The position numbers and the translations under genes were made by a program. This document shows positions 17,551 through 25,226 of a stretch of 32,000 bases of DNA, piece after piece (the first letter of the stretch is position 1; every line of letters begins with the position of its first letter). The notes under the pieces are model-generated. The model had not been told where the DNA came from. It made no database searches and was given only the letters and a program-made list of their open reading frames with translations. Origin of the DNA: Synechococcus sp. CBW1004. GTDB lineage: Bacteria; Cyanobacteriota; Cyanobacteriia; PCC-6307; Cyanobiaceae. The stretch spans positions 1,662,686-1,694,685 of the forward strand of contig NZ_CP060397.1 of NCBI RefSeq assembly GCF_015840715.1. Reading direction: 5' to 3'.

Positions 17551-17872
17551 GGAGATCGGGCAGGCAGAAACTCTCCGCGACCTCGCCCCTCGGATCAGGC
17601 CTGTGATCGGTTCTCCAACAGCCGATCAAGCCACGCGATCATCATCGCGAACACCCGTTGCCGCTCCGGATCGCTGTGCAGTTCGTGGCGGAATCCCGGC
17701 CACAGCTTCAACGTCACCCGCTCCGCCGGAGCGGCGGCGGCGAAACGCTCACTGCCGCAGGGATAGGCGATCGCATCGTCTGTGCCATCCAGCAGCAGCA
17801 ACGGCACCGGGAACTGGCTGGCCTGGGCCTCCACCAGGGCGATCGCCTGCAGCATCGCCAGCCCCCAGGCGG
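17551..17872. repeat. Copy A of a ~320 bp segmental duplication (partner 20451-20772)
   Basis: Hand alignment. Similarity starts at caggcagaaa and is moderate at first. From cgctccggatcgctgtgcagttcgtggcggaatcc onward it is high, and about 115 nt (17756-17872 vs 20655-20772) are almost identical. Confidence 0.8.
17595..17872 (-). pseudogene. 3' fragment (last ~92 codons) of an alpha/beta-hydrolase gene, paralogous to 20495..21370
   Basis: The 86-aa ORF MLQAIALVEAQASQFPVPLLLLDGTDDAIAYPCGSERF..GFRHELHSDPER.. aligns without gaps to the C-terminus of the 291-aa hydrolase (70 of 86 identical by my count). It has no N-terminal half and no nucleophile elbow. Confidence 0.8.
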
Positions 17873-18078
17873 GGGCGCCAGGCGCGGATCAGCTGGCGCA
17901 GGTCGGAGGCGATCTCCACCATCCGATCCCCTTCGCTGCGGCCGGGATCGGTGCGGATCATGCCGCAGTCGAGCAGGCGCTGGCTGCAGCCGGCAGGCCT
18001 GCCCTGCGGGCCCTCGGCCACCTCAATCACGCCGTAGCCGACGATGGCCAGGCCGGGGTCGATGCCGAGGATGACCAT
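17873..18078 (-). pseudogene. ruvC: Holliday-junction resolvase RuvC, 5' fragment only (about 67 codons), fused out of frame to the hydrolase fragment
   Basis: MVILGIDPGLAIVGYGVIEV...LLDCGMIRTDPGRSEGDRMVEIASDLRQLIRAWRP matches the RuvC N-terminus (ILGIDPG, GYGVI, G.IRT). After RAWRP the frame reads through hydrolase-derived DNA as low-complexity sequence to a stop at 17749. The expected EK.F/QARG and DAADA motifs are absent. Confidence 0.75.
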
Positions 18079-18586
18079 GGGCGGAACAGGCGGCGTTCAG
18101 GCGATGACGACCGCAATGCAGCACCACCCGCAGCCATCCTGCTGCGACAGGCGGCGGCGGGGCCGATCCAGCGCAGGCTGGCTCCAGGCCTGACCCAGCC
18201 TGCGCTGCCCACCATCAGGCCCCGATGGCGCCTGCGGCACTGTGATGGCGATCCCCGGCGCGCTGCGCGAGCGTCGCCAGGCCGGGAGCCAGGGCCAGGC
18301 CCCGGAATCCGTCACGCAAGGAACGTGATGCCCCTCGAGGCAGGGCACCTGACGAACGGGGCCCCGTGCGTGCTGCCGATGCGCAGCCGGGAGCCGGCGA
18401 ACCCCCCGGCCATGCGGCGGGCAGCGCCACGGACAGCGGCCGAGTCAGGCCAGCAACAGAACGGAGCGGAAATGGGAACAAGGCACCGGCCGCCATGCTG
18501 AACTCACCACACCCGGCCGCTGCCCATCCGGACAGCCCGCAGATCAGAGAGCAGATTGCAGCAGAGGCGATACCGCGGGCCGGCCA

Positions 18587-19387
18587 TCACCGCTCAAAAT
18601 CCCGACGCACGATCGCATCGACCACGCCGGGCAGCACCAGTTTGAGCCACAAGCCGATCTTGCCTTGCAGGGTCACCACAACCTGACGCTTGCGATGAGC
18701 CACTGCGTTGCGGATGATGCGGGCACAGACATCAACGCGCATGCCATTGATCTCATGCTTCGAGATCGTTCCCAGTGGCGTTGAGTCCGCCTTGAGCGCT
18801 CTGCTGGTGATGCCGGAGCGCACCCAGCTGGGGTAGATCATCGTGACACTGACACCACTGCCCTGCAACTCAATGCGCAGGGAATCAAAGAAGCCTGCCA
18901 TCGCATACTTGCTGGGTCCATAGGCATCCGCAATCGCAGATGGATACAAACCCCGCAGACTGGACACCCCTGCCAGCCGGCCGCGAGTCTGACGCAGATA
19001 CGGCAAGGCATAGTGGGTGCAATAGACGCTGCCGAAGAAGTTCACCCGAAACACCTTCTCAAACAGAGCGAGATCCTCCAGGTCGCCGAATTTCGTGACC
19101 GAGCCGACGCCGGCATTGTTGATCAGGGTGTCAACCCGGCCATACTCGCCAACGGTTGCCATGATCAGGCGTTCACATTGGCCAGGATCAGAGATATCCG
19201 TCGGCACAACGAGCGCCCTGCCGCCAAGACGCAGGCATTGATCGGCCAGCTCAGCCAGGGGCTCAGGGCTTCGGGAGGCCAGCGCCAGCCAGGCCCCTTC
19301 CCTGGCCAGCTCCAATGCCAACTGCCTGCCGATCCCATAGGACGCGCCGGTCAGGATGACAACATTCTCCCGAAAGGTCCTGTTCAC
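18587..19387 (-). CDS. Classical short-chain dehydrogenase/reductase (SDR)
   Basis: 266 aa with GTG start. Motifs: TGASYGIG (TGxxxGxG), NNAG, catalytic S..YxxxK (YGPSKYA). Hand GC counts give about 55-60%, lower than neighbouring genes. Confidence 0.9.
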   Translation of the reverse strand: MNRTFRENVVILTGASYGIGRQLALELAREGAWLALASRSPEPLAELADQCLRLGGRALVVPTDISDPGQCERLIMATVGEYGRVDTLINNAGVGSVTKFGDLEDLALFEKVFRVNFFGSVYCTHYALPYLRQTRGRLAGVSSLRGLYPSAIADAYGPSKYAMAGFFDSLRIELQGSGVSVTMIYPSWVRSGITSRALKADSTPLGTISKHEINGMRVDVCARIIRNAVAHRKRQVVVTLQGKIGLWLKLVLPGVVDAIVRRDFER

Positions 19388-19487
19388 GGCCGCAGACCCT
19401 GTGTGGAAACGGTTGAAGCATACAGGCCTCTTCTTAGGCCAGATTTCTGCGCATCATTGGCGACGAGAGAGCAGGCGGCAAGCGCAA

Positions 19488-19565
19488 TCAGCAGAACAGC
19501 TGACGCAGATCGGTGACGATCTCAACCAGGGACTCCACTTCGCTGCGCACGGGGCCTGCGACCAT
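19488..19565 (-). pseudogene. Short RuvC-like relic (25 codons resembling RuvC residues ~38-62)
   Basis: MVAGPVRSEVESLVEIVTDLRQLFC* compared with GMIRTDPGRSEGDRMVEIASDLRQLI of the 18078 fragment. RSE, VEI and DLRQL align at both codon and nucleotide level (cgcagcgaa, gagatc, ctgcg.cagctg). About half the residues are identical, over a short span. Confidence 0.35.
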
Positions 19566-19580
19566 CTGAAAAGGCCCAGC

Positions 19581-20267
19581 TCAGGCAGAAGTCGCAAAGG
19601 GGCCTCGCGCCACCAGCGCCGCGATCCCCAGCTGCTCACGCCACTGCGCCAACGGCCGCTCCCAGCCCTGCTCCCAGCGCTGGGCCAGCAGCGGTGCGCA
19701 CGTCGCCCCCAGTTGCAGGCCATAGGCCACCGCCAGGCCGATGTCGGGCTCACCGGGAGTGGCGCCTTGCAGGCAGCGATGCATCAGATCGGCCCCCAGC
19801 AGCATGGCGCTGCCGGGCCAGCGCAGCTGCATCACATGGATGGCGCTCAGGGCCGCCTCGCCGGCCGGGGTGGGCGGGCAGCCACTCACCACATGCCAGA
19901 GGTCGTGGGTGTGGCGCACGCGTTGATGCAGCCAGGCCTCATCCCCTGCCGTGTCCGGCTCCAGCACCGGATCGGGCAACGGCTGGCCACCGGCGGCGGC
20001 GAACCAGATCGCATAGCGATGACCGAGGCTGTCGGGCGGCAGCTGGAGCAGCTCCTGAGCACTCGGCCAGGCCCCCCAGTAGCGCTCCTTCAGCAACGGC
20101 TGGATGGCGGGGTCGGCCCGCAGGCTGGCGCGGGCGGCGTCGGCGGCTGGGGTGGTGTAGCTGCGGGTCAGCAGATCGAAGCCGTGGTGAAGATCGCCGG
20201 GGTCCTCCACCAAAGCCGAGAGATCGGCCGCGAAATGCAGCAACTGGCGGCGCAGCGAGGCACGCAT
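19581..20267 (-). CDS. Coq4-family protein (ubiquinone-biosynthesis Coq4 homologue)
   Basis: 228 aa. It contains the exact Coq4 zinc-ligand signature HDxxH-x11-E, read as HDLWHVVSGCPPTPAGE. Confidence 0.75.
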   Translation of the reverse strand: MRASLRRQLLHFAADLSALVEDPGDLHHGFDLLTRSYTTPAADAARASLRADPAIQPLLKERYWGAWPSAQELLQLPPDSLGHRYAIWFAAAGGQPLPDPVLEPDTAGDEAWLHQRVRHTHDLWHVVSGCPPTPAGEAALSAIHVMQLRWPGSAMLLGADLMHRCLQGATPGEPDIGLAVAYGLQLGATCAPLLAQRWEQGWERPLAQWREQLGIAALVARGPFATSA

Positions 20268-20450
20268 GAAGGAGTCACGACTTTCGTCAGCTTGTCTGGG
20301 CCCGAGGGCCTCAGCCGGACGGAAGTGGCTGGCCGGCGCGGATCCAGGTCAGGCGTGCAACAGCCCATGGGGCCTGGCATGACCTGGAACAGTCCATCCC
20401 GGGACGTCCCCGAGCGAAGGTGATAACGGTGGCGATGCCCGGGCTGCCTT

Positions 20451-20772
20451 GAAGAACAGGCAGGCAGAAATGGTCTGGGGCCTCGCCGCCTGGATCACGG
20501 CTGCGATCGGTTCCCCAGCAGCCCATCCAGCCACTCCACCATCCGCGCGAACACCAGCTCTCGCTCCGGATCGCTGTGCAGTTCGTGGCGGAATCCCTGG
20601 AAGAGCTGCAACGTCAGCCGCTCCGCCGGGGCGGAGGCAGCGAAGCGCTGGCTCCCGCAGGGATAGGCGATCGCATCGTCTGTGCCATGCAGCAGCAGCA
20701 ACGGCACCGGGAACTGGCTGGCCTGGGCCTCCACCAGGGCGATCGCCTGCAGCAGTGCCAGCCCCCAGGCGG
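20451..20772. repeat. Copy B of the ~320 bp segmental duplication (partner 17551-17872)
   Basis: See copy A. It covers the last ~92 codons of the hydrolase gene plus ~45 nt downstream of its stop. Confidence 0.8.
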
Positions 20773-21370
20773 TGGTGACCCGCCGGTGGCAGAGGGGATC
20801 GGCCTCCACCAGGGCCTGCACCGCCGGATCGCGGCTGAGCTGGGAGAGATCGAGACCGTTGTCCAGCGACAGGGTGGGCAGCAGCCGCCCGAACAGTCGC
20901 ACCAGCAGCAGCTTGCAGCGCTGCTCGGCCACCCGGCTGCTCAGGGCGGGCGACGTGGCCATCACACCAACGACTGCCGATCGGCGCATCAGCGTGAACG
21001 CCAGGGCCAGAAGCGCCCCCATGCTGTGGCCGTAAAGCACCTGGGGCAGCCCTGGCCAGCGCCGGCTCAACTGGGCCAGAAACGCCGCAATGTCCTCGAG
21101 ATAGGCCTGCAGCGACGGGGTGTGTCCACGCCGGCCCTGGGAGCGGCCGAATCCCCGCTGGTCAAAACCGGCCACGGCATAGCCGGCGACGCACAGGGCT
21201 CCGGCCACCGCCGCATGGCGCTCCACATGGGAGCCGAGGCCATGCAGCAGGGCGATCACCGCTTTCGGCGGGCCTGAAGGGGTCCATCTCCTGGCAACCA
21301 GACGCAGACCGTCGGCGGTCGTCCAGATCCAGGTGTCGGTGGTCATGCGGCGGGCAGGGGCGGCAACCAC
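20495..21370 (-). CDS. Alpha/beta hydrolase, lysophospholipase/monoacylglycerol-lipase-like
   Basis: HGLGSH..., FDQRGFGRSQG, nucleophile elbow GHSMGA, acid HGTDD and His in GFRHELH. The listed start is GTG 21370. ATG 21346 (MTTDTWIW..) is an equally plausible start. Confidence 0.85.
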   Translation of the reverse strand: MVAAPARRMTTDTWIWTTADGLRLVARRWTPSGPPKAVIALLHGLGSHVERHAAVAGALCVAGYAVAGFDQRGFGRSQGRRGHTPSLQAYLEDIAAFLAQLSRRWPGLPQVLYGHSMGALLALAFTLMRRSAVVGVMATSPALSSRVAEQRCKLLLVRLFGRLLPTLSLDNGLDLSQLSRDPAVQALVEADPLCHRRVTTAWGLALLQAIALVEAQASQFPVPLLLLHGTDDAIAYPCGSQRFAASAPAERLTLQLFQGFRHELHSDPERELVFARMVEWLDGLLGNRSQP

Positions 21371-21383
21371 AGCCGCCGGAACC

Positions 21384-22472
21384 TCAGGCCGCCAGCGCCA
21401 GCTGGAAGGCGCTGCGGTCCGAGGGCTCGCCGCGCTCGAACACCTTGCAGAACACCTTCACCACCCGGTCGCCCGAGTCGATCGTCTCGAGCGGGTCCTT
21501 GCGCAGGCGATGGCGCAGACAGCAGGCCACCACCCGGGCCACGTCGTCCTCGGTCACCTCGGTGCGGCCCTCGAACGCCGCCAGGGCCCGGGCGGCCCGG
21601 TTGGTGACGATGTCGCCGCGCAGGCCGTCCACATCGAGCTCGCCGCACACCGCCGAGATGCGGATGCGCAGGTCGTCGTCGATCTCCACCTGCGGCAGCC
21701 GCTGCTGGGCCTCTACCACCCGCGCCTGGAGTCCGTCCTGGATCTCCTGCACCTGGACGCTGAAGCCCTCGGGGTCGTCGTCGAAGGCGGTGCGCTGATC
21801 CACCACCTGCACCCGCAGCTGAGGATCGCGCACGGTGCGCACCTCGACGCTCATGCCGAAGCGATCGAGCAGCTGCGGCCGCAGCTCGCCCTCCTCCGGG
21901 TTGCCGGAGCCGATGAGCACGAAGCGGGCCGGGTGGCGCACGCTGACGCCCTCGCGCTCCACCGTGTTCCAGCCCGAGGCGGCCGAATCGAGCAGCACGT
22001 CCACCAGGTGGTCGTCGAGCAGGTTCACCTCATCGACGTAGAGCAGGCCGCGATTGGCCTTGGCCAGCAGGCCGGGCTCAAAGGCACGCACGCCCTCACT
22101 GAGCGCCTTCTCGATGTCGATCGTGCCGCAGAGGCGGTCTTCGGTGGCGCCCAGGGGCAGGTCCACCATCGGCACCTGCCGCTGCTCGATCGGCAGCGTC
22201 TCGCCGTGCTCAGCCCGGCTGCGCACCTCGGCGCTCTGGAGGTCGGGGTCGCTGGGGGAGCTGTTGTAAGGGTCGCCGGCCACCACATCGATCTCGGGCA
22301 GCAGATCGGCCAGAGCCCGGATCGTGGTGCTCTTGCCGGTGCCCCGGTCGCCCATGATCATCACGCCGCCGATGCGTGGATCGATCACGTTGAGCAGCAG
22401 GGCGAGCTTCATCTCCTCCTGGCCGACGATGGCGGTGAAGGGGAAGACCCTGCGCGTCCTGGACTGACTCAC
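21384..22472 (-). CDS. chlI: Magnesium chelatase ATPase subunit I
   Basis: VFPFTAIVGQEEMKLALLLNVIDPRIGGVMIMGDRGTGKSTTIRALADLLPEI is diagnostic of ChlI/BchI. Length of 362 aa is typical. Confidence 0.95.
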   Translation of the reverse strand: MSQSRTRRVFPFTAIVGQEEMKLALLLNVIDPRIGGVMIMGDRGTGKSTTIRALADLLPEIDVVAGDPYNSSPSDPDLQSAEVRSRAEHGETLPIEQRQVPMVDLPLGATEDRLCGTIDIEKALSEGVRAFEPGLLAKANRGLLYVDEVNLLDDHLVDVLLDSAASGWNTVEREGVSVRHPARFVLIGSGNPEEGELRPQLLDRFGMSVEVRTVRDPQLRVQVVDQRTAFDDDPEGFSVQVQEIQDGLQARVVEAQQRLPQVEIDDDLRIRISAVCGELDVDGLRGDIVTNRAARALAAFEGRTEVTEDDVARVVACCLRHRLRKDPLETIDSGDRVVKVFCKVFERGEPSDRSAFQLALAA

Positions 22473-22581
22473 GGAGCGGGAACCGGCGGTGTGGGCGATT
22501 GTTTCACAGGCCCCCGGCCGGGCCGTGCGTCTGGCGGAGGCACCCCCAGAGGCGCACCTCAGCAGGCAAGCCCGAGCTGCT

Positions 22582-24114
22582 TCAGGGCCTGGCCGTGGAG
22601 GCTGATGGAGCCGGAGATGGCGCCGTCAGCGGCAGCAGGGTCAGCACCTGCGGCGGCGTCGCATCGGCCGGGTAGATCAGCCGCACCCGCACCTCGCGCC
22701 GGGCGCCGGGATCGAGCGTCACCGTGCCCAGCACCGGGCCGCTCTGGCCGCTTCGCAACACCACGTGGAAACTGCGTCGCCCCTGGGCCCGGCCGTCGGG
22801 GCCGTCCAGCCCGCTGACCTCCACCGTGCCGCGGAAGGTCACCCCCGGGCCGGGAGTCGGCAGGAAGCGCAGGCCGCCCTGGGCGGCATCGGCCTTGAGC
22901 GGCGATTCAAAGGCCACCTGCACACCGCTGCGGCTGCGGCCGTCATTCACCAGCGGCAGCGTCAGGTCGTATTCGACGCCGTAGTTGCCGTGGGCGGCCC
23001 AGGCGGTGCCCGGGTAGAAGGCCGTGAGCTCGGCGGTCTGCACCTGGGCCGTACCGAGGCTGCCGCGTTCCAGGGAAGCGATCGGCCAGGAGATCGGCGC
23101 CCGGATCAGCGGCAGGCCGGCGGGGCCCGGATCGCCGAGGCGGGCTCGCCAGACGCTGCCCTGCTGGATGCCGCTGACGCGCGAGTAGATCATCCCGCCG
23201 CTGGCGCCCCTGGGCGTGGGGGCGTGCTCGCGCGAACTGAGCCCTCCCTGCAGCAGTGGCGCCCAGCTGGCTGGGGAAGGCGGCTGGTCATTGGGGCCGA
23301 AGGCCGCCAGGGTGGCCACATCCAGCGGTCCATCGCTCTGCAGGCGCAGCTGCAGGTTGAGGCCGTTGAGCAACGGGTCGAGACCCCGCACCGGAATCGG
23401 GAGCACCAGCAGCGTGCTCAGCTGCCCCGCGGGCAGGGTCCAGCTGGCGGGGATCAGAGGGCTGCGCTGCCGGCGCAGCAGCTCGGTGGCCACCCGGCTG
23501 CCCGGGCCCGCCCACACCGGCGTGGCGCCTTGCTCCAGCAGCGTCGGCAGCGGCAGGAACGGCGCGGAGGGCTGCTTGCCATCGGGGGACTGGGACAAGG
23601 CCGTGGACCCGTTCAGCAGCCGCAGGGTCACGGGCCTGCTGCCACGCGGCGCCGCCACCACCGCCAGCCACAGCGTCGAATCGAGCGTCTCGGGCTTGCC
23701 GGCATAGACATGGTGACTGAACAGGCCGAAGACCCCGTTGACGGGACTGTTCAGGTGGGCGCCGGCCACCGGCAGGGGCTGACCGTTCCAGCCGGTGGCC
23801 GGATTGAACGTGGACAGCAGGATCCCCGGCTCCTTGATCAGCTCGGGGTTGTTGTCGTTGATCAGCGGCACCGCATCGAGACTGCCGCTCAGGGGGGCCA
23901 CAGCCTGCTGGCGCAGCTGCGGCTGTGGGCGGGCTGCAGGCGCGGACGGCGCCGGGGTGGGTTGGGCGGCGGGAGCCGGAGCCCCATTGGCCACGACCGC
24001 AGGCGATGCCGCCATCCGCCGTGGGAACGCGGGGCTCTGGTTCGGCAGAACTGCCGCCGCGGCCAGGGCCAACGGCAGCAGAGGGAGAACACGACAGCGG
24101 ACGGAGCGACTCAT
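22582..24114 (-). CDS. Secreted conserved hypothetical protein (signal peptide plus Pro/Ala-rich linker; possibly the cyanobacterial DUF3370 family, unverified)
   Basis: 510 aa. N-terminus MSRSVRCRVLPLLPLALAAAAVLP is signal-like. Its ATG overlaps the stop of the upstream gene (ATGA at 24111-24114). I recognised no catalytic motif. Confidence 0.7.
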   Translation of the reverse strand: MSRSVRCRVLPLLPLALAAAAVLPNQSPAFPRRMAASPAVVANGAPAPAAQPTPAPSAPAARPQPQLRQQAVAPLSGSLDAVPLINDNNPELIKEPGILLSTFNPATGWNGQPLPVAGAHLNSPVNGVFGLFSHHVYAGKPETLDSTLWLAVVAAPRGSRPVTLRLLNGSTALSQSPDGKQPSAPFLPLPTLLEQGATPVWAGPGSRVATELLRRQRSPLIPASWTLPAGQLSTLLVLPIPVRGLDPLLNGLNLQLRLQSDGPLDVATLAAFGPNDQPPSPASWAPLLQGGLSSREHAPTPRGASGGMIYSRVSGIQQGSVWRARLGDPGPAGLPLIRAPISWPIASLERGSLGTAQVQTAELTAFYPGTAWAAHGNYGVEYDLTLPLVNDGRSRSGVQVAFESPLKADAAQGGLRFLPTPGPGVTFRGTVEVSGLDGPDGRAQGRRSFHVVLRSGQSGPVLGTVTLDPGARREVRVRLIYPADATPPQVLTLLPLTAPSPAPSASTARP

Positions 24115-25226
24115 CCCTTCACCACCAGTGTTTTGGCGACGGCACCGGCCATCTTGCGGATCAGCTCGGCGGAGCGTGGGTCGTTGAACGGGCCCTTGAC
24201 CATGAAGGCCGCCACCGCCCGCTGTCCGTTGGGCAGCTCGATCAGGGCGGCGTCGGCGTAGGCGATGCCGATGTCACCGGTCTTGTTGAGCACCGTGATG
24301 CCCAGGGGCAGCAGCTCACTGTCGGGATCGGAGGAGTCCTTGCCGAGGCCCATCAGCATCCCCAGCGGGATCAGCGTGTTCGTGCCGGAGGTGCCAAGGA
24401 TGCCGCGGAACAGGTCGCGGGCCCGGGGGCTGAGCTTCTCGCTGGTGTCCACCAGAGCGATCGAGCGGGCCAGGTCGCGGCTGCTGGTGGTGTTGGTGCC
24501 ATCAAGATCGGGCAGCCAGTTCTTCACCTCGGTCGAGGGCAGGCCCAGGGCACGGAAGCGGGCGTTGATGGCCTGCTTGCCGCCGAGGCGCTTGATCAGC
24601 AGGTTGGTGGCGCTGTTGTCGCTCACCCGGATCATCTCGGTGGCGGCCTCGAAGAAGGGGAAGCGCGTTCCCACCGGCTTGTTCGCCATCCAGCCGGCGC
24701 CGCCTCCGACCAGCTCCTTCGTCATCGTCAGGGGCTCGTTCCAGCGCAGCTTGCCGGCATCGAGATCCTCCAGGCCCACCAGCAGGATCGGCGTCTTGAT
24801 CGCACTGGCGGCGGGCAGGGGCAGATCGGGCTGCAGCTGGGCGTAGCGGCCGTCATCCAGCACCAGCAGATAGCCGCTGGCGGTGAGGCCCTTCTGGGCC
24901 GCCGCCAGCTTCTTCCAGGTCTCGCTCAGCCCCGCCAGCTCCCGTCGCGGCTCGAAGCGACCGCTCGACAGGCCGCCGCTGGGGCGCAGATGGGGCGTGG
25001 GATCGGCCTTGGGCACCCCCACCGCCCCCTGGGCCAGACGCGGTGCCAGCAGCTTCAGGCCCGTACCTGCGATCACCCCCAGCCCCAGCCCCATCACCGC
25101 CAGCCGTAACAGCAGCAGCAGCGGGGCAATCCAGGGGCTGCGGCGGGAGCGGGGCGGGCGGCCGGTGGTCACGAGCGAGCAGGAGGGAACTCGGAGCCCG
25201 ACGCTAGTGGCGTGCGTCGTCAGCAC
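24111..25226 (-). CDS. Membrane-anchored class A beta-lactamase-like serine hydrolase
   Basis: SxxK (ASAIK), SDN (VSDNSA) and KTG (NKTGD) motifs in the correct order. N-terminal TM segment WIAPLLLLLRLAVMGLGLGVIAG. The listed start GTG 25226 overlaps the upstream gene by 23 nt, so the true start is uncertain. Confidence 0.8.
   Translation of the reverse strand: MLTTHATSVGLRVPSCSLVTTGRPPRSRRSPWIAPLLLLLRLAVMGLGLGVIAGTGLKLLAPRLAQGAVGVPKADPTPHLRPSGGLSSGRFEPRRELAGLSETWKKLAAAQKGLTASGYLLVLDDGRYAQLQPDLPLPAASAIKTPILLVGLEDLDAGKLRWNEPLTMTKELVGGGAGWMANKPVGTRFPFFEAATEMIRVSDNSATNLLIKRLGGKQAINARFRALGLPSTEVKNWLPDLDGTNTTSSRDLARSIALVDTSEKLSPRARDLFRGILGTSGTNTLIPLGMLMGLGKDSSDPDSELLPLGITVLNKTGDIGIAYADAALIELPNGQRAVAAFMVKGPFNDPRSAELIRKMAGAVAKTLVVKG

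Noticed and set aside
18097-18348. 83-aa ORF with the Cys/Trp-rich C-terminus GCGWCCIAVVIA, considered as a possible RiPP/lanthipeptide-type precursor.
   Set aside because: It has no Nif11- or NHLP-like leader, no GG/GA cleavage motif and no modification enzyme nearby. The sequence is otherwise Arg/Pro-rich like GC-bias ORFs.
20317-20326. GGACGGAAGT on the plus strand, resembling the conserved core of the glutamine (glnA RNA / downstream-peptide) riboswitch of marine cyanobacteria.
   Set aside because: The flanking CGUUC...GAACG P1 pairing is absent. No downstream plus-strand gene exists, and the site lies in the 5' leader of the minus-strand Coq4-family gene.
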